Source of the DNA: Candidatus Pacearchaeota archaeon
GTDB lineage: Archaea > Nanobdellota > Nanobdellia > Pacearchaeales > GW2011-AR1
Assembly: GCA_038740375.1 (NCBI GenBank)
Contig: JAVYLW010000001.1
Location: 11,530 to 75,529 of the forward strand
DNA length: 64,000 bases
Direction: 5' to 3'
Positions within the stretch are counted from its first letter, which is position 1, and each line of letters opens with the position of its first letter. Under the pieces are notes generated by a model. It did not search any database, had not been told where the DNA came from, and worked only from the letters and a program-made list of their open reading frames with translations. Made by a program: the position numbers and the translations under genes. Shown here piece after piece: positions 40,006 to 47,968 of this stretch.

Positions 40006-40212
40006 AAATGTTAATTAGATATCAATTAGTATTTAGATCTTTTTATTGAAAATAAAAAAATTAAAATAACAATTCATTAAATAATATAATTAATAGAAAT
40101 TCTAAATTTTGACGAATGATAACCTTAGGATAGTCAATTTAAGAATTATAAATAAACTATTATAAATCATTAAAACATAGTAAGAATAAGAACTTTTATT
40201 TTTAAAGAAAAA

Positions 40213-40341
40213 TTATTTACTTTTGTTATTTTCTTCTTTTTTACTTTCACATATAGGACACTTCATTATATAATCTCCATTTTCTTTTTCAATTTTCATA
40301 AAGCTATGACAATTATCACAAAGATGACTTGGAATACTCAT
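40213..40341 (-). CDS. small zinc-ribbon protein (42 aa), unannotated in ORF track
   Basis: Translation: MSIPSHLCDNCHSFMKIEKENGDYIMKCPICESKKEENNKSK. Two CxxC pairs. Confidence 0.3.
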   Translation of the reverse strand: MSIPSHLCDNCHSFMKIEKENGDYIMKCPICESKKEENNKSK

Positions 40342-40531
40342 TTTTATCACTCATTTATTATATGAAGGTAAAATTATTTTATACTTTTTACTAGAGCAAT
40401 TCATTAAAACAAATAAAATATATAAATTTTAGCAAAAAGATAAATAGAAACGTTTTTATACAAACTTTTTTTATTTAAAAAAGAAAATCCCCTTATTTTG
40501 GGATATTTTTTTAGAATGGAGGACAGAAATA

Positions 40532-40855
40532 ATGGAAGAAGATAAAGAAAAAATTTCTAAATCTTCTTTAGAAAAACTGATGTTTAAAGCAGTTTGTTCT
40601 GAATGTGGAGCTGAATGCGAAGTTCCTTTTCAGCCAACTAAAGGAAAATCTGTGAAATGTAATGACTGCTTTAAAAAAGTAAAATCTAAAAGATTTAACA
40701 ACAGGTTTTTGAAAAGAAGAAATTTTAGAAATAGTAGACATAGAATTATGCATAAAGCAGTTTGTTCTGAATGTGGAGCTGAATGCGAAGTTCCATTTAT
40801 ACCAAAAGAAGGCAAACCTGTTAAATGCAACAATTGTTTTAAGAAAGCTAAATAA
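40532..40855 (+). CDS. tandem-duplicated CxxC-x17-CxxC zinc-ribbon protein
   Basis: 107 aa. Two copies of KAVCSECGAECEVPF.P..GK.VKCN.CFKK. The first about 45 nt of each copy are identical at DNA level, the rest diverged. Confidence 0.5.
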   Translation: MEEDKEKISKSSLEKLMFKAVCSECGAECEVPFQPTKGKSVKCNDCFKKVKSKRFNNRFLKRRNFRNSRHRIMHKAVCSECGAECEVPFIPKEGKPVKCNNCFKKAK

Positions 40856-41016
40856 ATTTTAGTTTTTTAAAGGAATTATTCTATTTATTTTTAATTAATA
40901 TAATAAATTTAGTTATATCTTTATTTATTATCCTTTACCTTTAAGGTAATAATTATTTTTCAAAATTTTAATATTTTTTTATAAAGATTTATAAATAAGT
41001 TCGCACATTTAAGGTA

Positions 41017-41844
41017 ATGGAAAAAGAAGATTTTCTAAAAAGAATATCCACTGAAATGAAGATAGCAAAACTATCTCCATATACTATTAGAAATTATTTA
41101 ATTAATAATAAAAACCTTTTAGAATACTCTAAAAAATCTCCAGAAGAAATAACTGAAATTGACATCAAGAATTATATAGCTGATAAAATGTCAGATAAAT
41201 CAAGTGTCTCAAATATTTTATTCTTATCTTCGATTAAATTCGCATATATGACAATATTCGGAAAAGATCCTACAGATAAAATAAAAAGACCAAAAAATGA
41301 AAAAAAGATTCCAAATGTTTTAACAAAAGAGGAAATTATTAAACTGTTTAATTCAGCAAAATCAAAAAAAAGTAAATTAATGCTTAAAATACTTTATTCC
41401 TCAGGACTAAGAGTTTCCGAGCTAGTTAATCTTAAACCTCAAGACTTAAATTTAGAAGAGAATATGGGATGGGTTAGGTGTGGAAAAGGAAAAAAAGATA
41501 GAATATTTTTTATTTCCAAAAAATTATCTAATCAATTAAAAAAATATTTGAAAAAAAGAGAATCATGGAAATATTTATTTTCAAAAAATAAGCCTCTTAC
41601 AACAAGAAATGTTCAAAAAATTGTAAGCAAGTTAGCAAAAAGGTCAGGAATTAATAAAAAGGTTACGCCACATACATTAAGACATAGTTTTGCAACACAT
41701 CTTTTAGATTCAGGAGTAGATATCAGAAAAATACAAACTTTGCTCGGTCATTCAAGCATATCAACTACTCAAATTTATACTCATATTAGTTCAGAGCAAT
41801 TAAAATCAATAAAAAATCCTCTTGATAATCTTTACAACAAATAA
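41017..41844 (+). CDS. xerA: XerA/XerC-like tyrosine recombinase
   Basis: 275 aa. C-terminal catalytic region HTLRHSFATHLLDSGVDIRKIQTLLGHSSISTTQIYTHI (R-H-R-Y tetrad, Tyr in IYTH). Size typical of archaeal XerA. Confidence 0.8.
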   Translation: MEKEDFLKRISTEMKIAKLSPYTIRNYLINNKNLLEYSKKSPEEITEIDIKNYIADKMSDKSSVSNILFLSSIKFAYMTIFGKDPTDKIKRPKNEKKIPNVLTKEEIIKLFNSAKSKKSKLMLKILYSSGLRVSELVNLKPQDLNLEENMGWVRCGKGKKDRIFFISKKLSNQLKKYLKKRESWKYLFSKNKPLTTRNVQKIVSKLAKRSGINKKVTPHTLRHSFATHLLDSGVDIRKIQTLLGHSSISTTQIYTHISSEQLKSIKNPLDNLYNK

Positions 41845-42026
41845 TTTATGGATTTTATATTAGAATAGGGTATTATTAATATATTTAAAATTTTAATTTG
41901 TTATTAATAATTAAAATTTTTATAAAAATAATGTCAATTTGTTAAATATATTACATTCATTTATATTATTTATCTAATAAAATTTTAAAAAACAAAATAT
42001 ATATAAACTGTTTCATTTTAATAATT

Positions 42027-42410
42027 TTGATGACAAAACTAAATGAGGTCTATAGATGTAGTATATGTGGAAATATTGTAGAAATAGTAAACGAATCCTC
42101 TGGAAATTTGTATTGTTGTGGTAAGGAAATGTCGCTTTTAATAGAAAATACTACTGAAGCTTCAACAGAAAAACATATTCCAGTTAAAGAAAAAATAAAA
42201 GATAGAGTTATTGTTAAAGTTGGTAGCATACCTCATCCTATGGAAGATAGTCATTATATTCAATGGGTAGAAATTGTAACTAAAGATAATAAATCTATTA
42301 AGAAATTTTTAAGTCCAGGAGATAAACCTGAAGCAGAATTTTTTGAAAAAGTTGAAAATATTTTATATTTAAGAGAATATTGCAATATTCACGGACTTTG
42401 GAAATCATAA
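42027..42410 (+). CDS. dfx: desulfoferrodoxin-type superoxide reductase (2Fe-SOR)
   Basis: 127 aa. N-terminal desulforedoxin-like CxxC...CC centre (YRCSICGNIV...LYCCGKEM). Centre II ligands H in EKHIPV, His-rich region, C in YCNIHGLW. Confidence 0.85.
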   Translation: MMTKLNEVYRCSICGNIVEIVNESSGNLYCCGKEMSLLIENTTEASTEKHIPVKEKIKDRVIVKVGSIPHPMEDSHYIQWVEIVTKDNKSIKKFLSPGDKPEAEFFEKVENILYLREYCNIHGLWKS

Positions 42411-42411
42411 G

Positions 42412-43002
42412 ATGAAAGAAACATTAAAATGTCTGGTAAAAGCATTTATTGGCGAAAGTCAAGCAAGAAATAGATATACTTATTATGCAAAAATTGCTCA
42501 AAAAGAAGGTTATGAACAAATTGCTGAGATATTTTTAATTACAGCAGATCAAGAAAAAATTCATGCGAAAAGATTATTTGAACATATTCAAGAATTAAAA
42601 AAAGAACTTTCAGAGTCTGAGCAAAAAGAAATTATTGTAGAAAATGTATCTTGCTCTATAATTATAGGAGATACTTTAGAAAATTTAAAAGCAGCTGCAG
42701 CAGGAGAACATTACGAATATTCTGAGATGTATCCAAGTTTTGCAAAAATAGCAGAAGAAGAAGGTTATAAGAAAATAGCTTTAAGATTTAAAGCTATTGC
42801 AGTCGCAGAGATACATCATGAAGAAAGATATAAAAAACTTATGGAGCAACTAAAAAACGGAACCTTTTTCAAAAAATCAGAAAATGTTTGGTGGGTCTGT
42901 AGGGAATGCGGTTATGCATTCTTTGGAAAATCTCCTCCAGAGATATGTCCTTCATGCGATCATCCAAAGGCATTTTATCAATTGAAATGTGAAGAATACT
43001 AA
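42412..43002 (+). CDS. rbr: rubrerythrin
   Basis: 196 aa. Ferritin-like diiron ExxH motifs (QEKIHAKRLFEH; VAEIHHEERYKK) plus C-terminal rubredoxin-like CRECG...CPSCDHP. Start overlaps the dfx stop. Confidence 0.85.
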   Translation: MKETLKCLVKAFIGESQARNRYTYYAKIAQKEGYEQIAEIFLITADQEKIHAKRLFEHIQELKKELSESEQKEIIVENVSCSIIIGDTLENLKAAAAGEHYEYSEMYPSFAKIAEEEGYKKIALRFKAIAVAEIHHEERYKKLMEQLKNGTFFKKSENVWWVCRECGYAFFGKSPPEICPSCDHPKAFYQLKCEEY

Positions 43003-43106
43003 TTTATAAATATAGTGGAACTTAATGTCCACTATTTTGGAAAAGCTTAAATACCTATATTTCTTTATGTATGCAATTAAATATTTAACTATTTAAGATA
43101 AAAAAT

Positions 43107-44309
43107 ATGACTAACAATGTTAAGATACCCATAAGAAAACTTAACTTAAATAAACAAATTGAGAACATCAAAAAATGGAAGATTAGCGAAGAAGATAAAA
43201 AGTATGTTCCTCAATTTTTTAAAGAGTTTCAAATAGGCAAAATTACTGGCAATCAACCAACTGAGGGAACATTAATATCTTACTTAGCGGATTTAAGAGT
43301 GGCTTTGGAGTATATGAACAAACCAACTTCTAAGTTAACATTAAAGGATACTGAAAATTTATGTGAAGCGTTTTTAAGGAATACTTTGAATTGGGGATTT
43401 AGGAAAAGAACTAAGAAAGGTGAGACCATTATAACAAATCAACCTTATTCGGAAACTGGAAAGGTTAAAATAAAAAATACAACAATACTTTATTTGAATT
43501 GGAGATTAGGAGAAGAAAAAGCTAGTAAGTTAGTGAAGATACTTAAAGTTAGACCAAAATTAAAACAAAAGAGTCCTGACTATTTAACTGAAGACCAAGT
43601 TGAAAAATTGTATAAATCTTGTAAAAACGCTAAAGAGAGATATTTAATAAGTCTACTTTATGATGGTGGAATGAGAGCAGAAGAGTTCTTTAATATAAGA
43701 TTTTCAGATATACAACTTCCAAATGGAAATGACAATTTTGTTAAACTAACTTTGAAAGAGGAGTATAGTAAAACAAAAGGCAGAACAATTGGTTTGTATT
43801 GGAAATATTCTTATGAAGCTGTTAGAGATTATCTTAATGAAAGAATTAGTGAAGGAATAAAAGAAGATGAACCTATTTTTGTTGGTGATTACACAAACAC
43901 TCTAAAATTCCTAAAAAGATTGGGAAAAAGAATTTTAGGTAGGAAAATTTATTTTCATTTGTTTAGACATTCGAGTGCAACTTATTATGCTAATAAACTT
44001 AATCGCCAAGAATTGTGTATAAGATATGGGTGGAACTTCTGCTCTCCTTGTCCAGATATTTACATTTCGAGAGATTTAAGCAAAAGTGAAATTGATACGA
44101 AGTTTGAGAAAACTCAAATTAATGAACTAAGAGTTGAGTTGGAAAAACAAAAACAATTTAATACAATCAAACAAGATGAACTTGAAAGAAAGAACAAAGA
44201 ACTCCAAATTGAAATACAAAGTTTAGCTATGAACACTAACAACATAGTTGGAGAATTGAAAAATTATATTTTTAGGTTGTTGAATTTGAACACGAGTGAG
44301 AATTATTAA
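43107..44309 (+). CDS. tyrosine integrase (phage/plasmid type) with C-terminal coiled-coil extension
   Basis: 400 aa. Catalytic region R...HLFRHSSATYYANK...Y, intact. C-terminal 60 aa coiled coil. Confidence 0.7.
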   Translation: MTNNVKIPIRKLNLNKQIENIKKWKISEEDKKYVPQFFKEFQIGKITGNQPTEGTLISYLADLRVALEYMNKPTSKLTLKDTENLCEAFLRNTLNWGFRKRTKKGETIITNQPYSETGKVKIKNTTILYLNWRLGEEKASKLVKILKVRPKLKQKSPDYLTEDQVEKLYKSCKNAKERYLISLLYDGGMRAEEFFNIRFSDIQLPNGNDNFVKLTLKEEYSKTKGRTIGLYWKYSYEAVRDYLNERISEGIKEDEPIFVGDYTNTLKFLKRLGKRILGRKIYFHLFRHSSATYYANKLNRQELCIRYGWNFCSPCPDIYISRDLSKSEIDTKFEKTQINELRVELEKQKQFNTIKQDELERKNKELQIEIQSLAMNTNNIVGELKNYIFRLLNLNTSENY

Positions 44310-44316
44310 TATTATT

Positions 44317-44580
44317 TTATGAGCTTGTTTTATTTAATTCTTTTAAAATTTCTTTTCCTCTTTTTGTAAGTTCATAAAACCTATAAAATTTATCATTAGG
44401 ATTCTTACAAACAATTAAACCTCTATCAACCAATTCCTTTAGTGATTTTGAAACATTGTGAATGCTTACATTACAACGCTCTCCTATTTCTTTTGGTATC
44501 ATTGGTTTGTCCAAACAAAGAAGTATGGCTTTTCTTCTTTCGCCTCTTAAAATAAAACTTAATAATGAATAGTTTGTCAT
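44317..44580 (-). CDS. winged-helix transcriptional regulator
   Basis: 87 aa. Same small wHTH family pattern as ORF 32941..33213 (RRKAILLCLDKPMIPKEI...SLKELVDRGLI...KFYRFYELTKRGKEIL). Confidence 0.5.
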   Translation of the reverse strand: MTNYSLLSFILRGERRKAILLCLDKPMIPKEIGERCNVSIHNVSKSLKELVDRGLIVCKNPNDKFYRFYELTKRGKEILKELNKTSS

Positions 44581-44660
44581 AAAGACAAAGGTTATTCGTT
44601 ATTTAATGGATTAGTCATCTTTAAGGTATCGATAAGGTATAATCAATTTGGCGGATACTG

Positions 44661-45299
44661 TCAAATTAGAGTGATGCAGTTATCTCTGACAAATTTTATC
44701 AAACCCAATAACTTATTTCTTCCCAAATTCAAATTTATCTCTGCCATTTCTGCGGGTGTCTTTCCATTCAATTCTTGATTTGGATTAACAAAATTGTGGA
44801 TTGTTCTTCTCAAATCCATAAAGCATTTTGCATCATCAAAATTTTTGAAGCCACTTCTAATATTTTTTATTCTATCTTTTATTTTTCCATTATATCTCTC
44901 AATTGCATTATTGTTATGTTTTAATCCATATTTTTTACATGCAATTGGAACTCCAAAGTTTAGCTTGCAAATTCTATAAAATAATTTCATAAATGCACTT
45001 TTATAATTTTCAAATCCATCACACGTAAATTCAATTAATTCTCTATCTTTAACTTTCTTGTATTTTTCTTGATTATATCTTTCAATTATTTGTTCAAAAC
45101 AAGAATCTTTAATTTGTTTTAGGAATTTTATACATTCTTCTTTCGTTCTTTTACCGACGAAAGAATGTGCTAAAACAAATTTAGTTTTGTTGTCGATGGC
45201 ATTTAAATCATAATAATCTTTTCCAGAAACTTTTATATATTTTTCATCATAATGAATTCCACCAATTATTTTTGGTTTAACAATTTCATTTATCGGATT
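44661..45299 (-). pseudogene. IS1 InsB-like DDE transposase domain (no own start codon; separated from InsA by frameshift)
   Basis: Open frame translating ...GIHYDEKYIKVSGKDYYDLNAID...FTCDGF...NNAIERYNGKIKDRIKNIRSGFKNF (D, D, E residues; IERxN..l..RI motif as in IS1 InsB). The first ATG is only at 44990. Confidence 0.55.
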
Positions 45300-45588
45300 T
45301 TAAAAAAACAGAATATTTATTGCACCAATATCCTATTGCTTGTCTTGTAACTTTAACTCCTTCATGCTGCCATAAATAATCTTGAACTTGAAATAAAGAT
45401 AAACCCTCATTGTGCAAATGAATGGCTTTAACAATATCTTCTTTTTTATATCTCATCTTTTCAAATCCATCACTTTTCATAAAAGTAAATTCACATTGAT
45501 TACAAAAATAAAGTTGTTTTGTCCCAGAATTATTATATCTCTTACCTCTTTTTATAATATTTTTATTTTTACATTTAGGGCATTTCAT
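45286..45588 (-). CDS. IS1 InsA-like protein (zinc finger plus HTH)
   Basis: CPKCKNKNIIKRGKRYNNSGTKQLYFCNQCEFTF parallels IS1 InsA CPSC..V.RNGK....QRY.C..C..T., followed by an HTH. Confidence 0.6.
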   Translation of the reverse strand: MKCPKCKNKNIIKRGKRYNNSGTKQLYFCNQCEFTFMKSDGFEKMRYKKEDIVKAIHLHNEGLSLFQVQDYLWQHEGVKVTRQAIGYWCNKYSVFLKSDK

Positions 45589-45703
45589 ATGTTTTCACCT
45601 CCTTAAAATTAGGAGGAAAACATACTATTTAAGCTTAACTCACGATAACTTTACAATATCAATTTGGCGAAAGGTTTTTAAAGTATATTTTATAATAGTT
45701 ATT

Positions 45704-46816
45704 ATGAAAAAGTTAATACTACCTATTGTTTTCATTTTGGGGATAACTATGATTCTTAGTTTTGTTTCGGCAGATAATTTTAATGTTCATTACAAAGTTT
45801 ACGCAGATGAAGGTTGGAATTTGCTTCATGGTTTTGGAGCCTATACTTTAGTCTCTAATTTTGTTACTGGTGGAGATGTAACTAACAGTGATGTTGTTGC
45901 TATTTTTGCCTATTTACCAATTGACCATAAATATGCGAGAATTTACCCTAATCCGGAAGTAAAAGTTGATGATCAACAATTACTAAATAGTGCTTTTTGG
46001 GTTTATTTGAAAAAAGGTGGTTGGATTGAATATAATGTTGAACAAGAATGGGCTTCTGTAAATGACAAAAAGTTATATGCTGGTTGGAATTTTGTAGGGA
46101 TAACTTCTGATATGTTCCGATTAAATGTTAAGGAGTGGAAAGGAAATTGTAATATTGAAAAAATTGGAGGTTACCAACATAATAGGTGGGATGTAATTGA
46201 TTCAACTTCGAATATTGATGAGTTAATGTTGGCAGATACAGAACAAGATTTAGGTAGGGGAATGATAGTAAAAGTAACAAGTAATTGTATGCTCTCTTTA
46301 AGTGGCAGTAATGAAATAAGTCCTCCTGCAATCCCAGACACAATTAGTAATCCTCCAACAACAACTAATCCACCTATGGATAGTAATCTTGACTTTCCTA
46401 AAACTATTGGAGAATTTACCTTAAAATCAGAAAATTCAAATGATAAAACAGAGTGTGGGCAGTTAGACGGAAATAATGTTTGTGTTCAGATGAGTAGAAT
46501 TGAGTATGTAACTTCTGACAATAGAGCAGTTCATGTTTTACCAACAAAAATCACATCAGGGAAAGATAGCTATATTAATTACATCAAAACTCATGCTTCT
46601 GAGATAAATGTCGGTGGTGTAACAGGTGTTTATAGGGGAGCAGAACCTTGGGAATTGTATTGGTTTACTAATAAGGACTATGATATGATTGGAACACAAG
46701 ATTATACTTATACAGTTCAATCAGACGGCAGTCAAAATGCTCAAACATTAAATGGAACAACTACAAGCTCAGTAGCTCAGTGGTTGTTAAATAAATATCC
46801 ACCAATCACAGTATAA
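45704..46816 (+). CDS. secreted protein (signal peptide), hypothetical, within mobile island
   Basis: 370 aa. Leader MKKLILPIVFILGITMILSFVSA. Noticeably higher GC than the surrounding chromosome. Confidence 0.5.
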   Translation: MKKLILPIVFILGITMILSFVSADNFNVHYKVYADEGWNLLHGFGAYTLVSNFVTGGDVTNSDVVAIFAYLPIDHKYARIYPNPEVKVDDQQLLNSAFWVYLKKGGWIEYNVEQEWASVNDKKLYAGWNFVGITSDMFRLNVKEWKGNCNIEKIGGYQHNRWDVIDSTSNIDELMLADTEQDLGRGMIVKVTSNCMLSLSGSNEISPPAIPDTISNPPTTTNPPMDSNLDFPKTIGEFTLKSENSNDKTECGQLDGNNVCVQMSRIEYVTSDNRAVHVLPTKITSGKDSYINYIKTHASEINVGGVTGVYRGAEPWELYWFTNKDYDMIGTQDYTYTVQSDGSQNAQTLNGTTTSSVAQWLLNKYPPITV

Positions 46817-46846
46817 TGATAAAACAAAAAAGAGGAATGAGTGCAT

Positions 46847-46990
46847 GGATTTGGATTTTAATAATCTTAATCATCTTGGCAGTTGGTGGAATCGTAGCTT
46901 ATCTACTGCTCTCAGGTAATGGAAGTTCTATCTTGGGTGGTGGAAGTTCAATACCTCAGCCACCTGCGTTACCTAATTAAGAAATAAGAA
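46847..46990 (+). CDS. small membrane peptide (47 aa), unannotated in ORF track
   Basis: MSAWIWILIILIILAVGGIVAYLLLSGNGSSILGGGSSIPQPPALPN. One TM plus G/S-rich tail. Confidence 0.3.
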
Positions 46991-47359
46991 TTATTTTATC
47001 TTTTGTAAGTTTCTATCAAAAATTTCCAAAATCTTCTCACCATCATTTGTAATCTTTAAAGGTCTCTTACCATGTTCTTGTGGTTCATTTATAGTGATAA
47101 GTTTGATTTTAACTAGGTGTCTAACGTGTTGTTTTAAACTCATGTGAGATAATCTTAATATTTTCTTTAAATCACCAACACCTATGTCTTTGTTTGGATT
47201 ATTTTTTATTGTTCTGAGGACTACAAGGTTAAGTTCATTTAGGATGTTTCCGCTTCTGTCACCTCTTTTTCTTTTAACCATATAGTATATTGGAATGGAT
47301 GATTTATAAACATATCGTTTAAAATTGTATACTATTTGAAATTTAGGTGAGAGCAACAT
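46991..47359 (-). CDS. winged-helix regulator (probable true start at internal Met, about 47281)
   Basis: MVKRKRGDRSGNILNELNLVVLRTIKNNPNKDIGVGDLKKILRLSHMSLKQHVRHLVKIKLI. HTH plus wing pattern. Confidence 0.5.
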   Translation of the reverse strand: MLLSPKFQIVYNFKRYVYKSSIPIYYMVKRKRGDRSGNILNELNLVVLRTIKNNPNKDIGVGDLKKILRLSHMSLKQHVRHLVKIKLITINEPQEHGKRPLKITNDGEKILEIFDRNLQKIK

Positions 47360-47414
47360 TTATAAACGTATAATGATATATAAAATTGTATTAAATTATT
47401 AATATAGGTATAAT

Positions 47415-47561
47415 ATGAACAAACAAACAATCATAATAAAAGTGAATGAGAAAGAAAAGAAAAAGATAGTTGAGGCTACTCAAAAAAGTATGCGAACCAT
47501 TACATCAATTGCTAAACAGGGAATAATGAAACAAGTAGAGGAGATTTTAAATGGAAAATAA
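47415..47561 (+). CDS. ribbon-helix-helix (CopG/Arc-like) protein, 48 aa, unannotated in ORF track
   Basis: MNKQTIIIKVNEKEKKKIVEATQKSMRTITSIAKQGIMKQVEEILNGK. N-terminal beta-strand followed by two helices as in RHH plasmid regulators. Confidence 0.45.
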   Translation: MNKQTIIIKVNEKEKKKIVEATQKSMRTITSIAKQGIMKQVEEILNGK

Positions 47562-47709
47562 AATCAAAACAGTTTTTGAGGAACAACAGGAAATATTTAG
47601 GGAAATTGAAACTCGTTTAAATTCTTTGATTGATAAAAATAAAGAAATTTTAAAAAAGGTTGATATAAATTTTGGAGTTAAAAAAGATGGCACAACTAAT
47701 TCTAACTAA
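47551..47709 (+). CDS. small hypothetical protein (52 aa), overlaps RHH gene stop
   Basis: MENKIKTVFEEQQEIFREIETRLNSLIDKNKEILKKVDINFGVKKDGTTNSN. No recognisable domain. Confidence 0.3.
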   Translation: MENKIKTVFEEQQEIFREIETRLNSLIDKNKEILKKVDINFGVKKDGTTNSN

Positions 47710-47917
47710 ATTAAATCAAAACAAGGAGGTTAACCCCATGGTGCCCCAAGTCAAGTCTAGGAAAGCTCCACCAAGATACGATGATAAAGTTAAGAAAGAG
47801 ATAGTGGACGCTGCTAAAAGTGGAATGAGTTTAAAACAAATATTGGAAAAATTCAAACCACGAAAACGAGCAGTTCTTAGATACTTGAAGAAGTATGATG
47901 TAAAGCTTCAACATTAA
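47687..47917 (+). CDS. small HTH DNA-binding protein
   Basis: ORF-track entry 47672..47917. The likely start is ATG at 47687 (MAQLIL...). Segment EIVDAAKSGMSLKQILEKFKPRKRAVLRYLKKY resembles an HTH. Confidence 0.4.
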   Translation: MAQLILTKLNQNKEVNPMVPQVKSRKAPPRYDDKVKKEIVDAAKSGMSLKQILEKFKPRKRAVLRYLKKYDVKLQH

Positions 47918-47968
47918 ATTTTTTTCGTACTTAAAATATAGGCACAACTATGGAAGTTCAAAAACGAT

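Larger units (their letters stand above)
44625..45670 (-). mobile_element. IS1-family insertion sequence with frame-split transposase, bounded by about 28-bp imperfect direct repeats
   Basis: InsA-like Zn-finger/HTH ORF (45286..45588) and InsB-like DDE ORF (open frame 44661..45299) in different frames overlapping at a T7A4 run. Flanking repeats CGATAA..T.A.AAT..CAATTTGGCG at 44625-44653 and 45641-45670. Confidence 0.65.

Noticed and set aside
40938-44630. TTTAAGGTAAT/TTAAGGTAT motif (two copies just upstream of xerA, one at the IS flank) as a dif or att site
   Set aside because: An 8-9-mer of this composition is expected by chance several times in an AT-rich 64 kb window. There is no dyad symmetry typical of dif.
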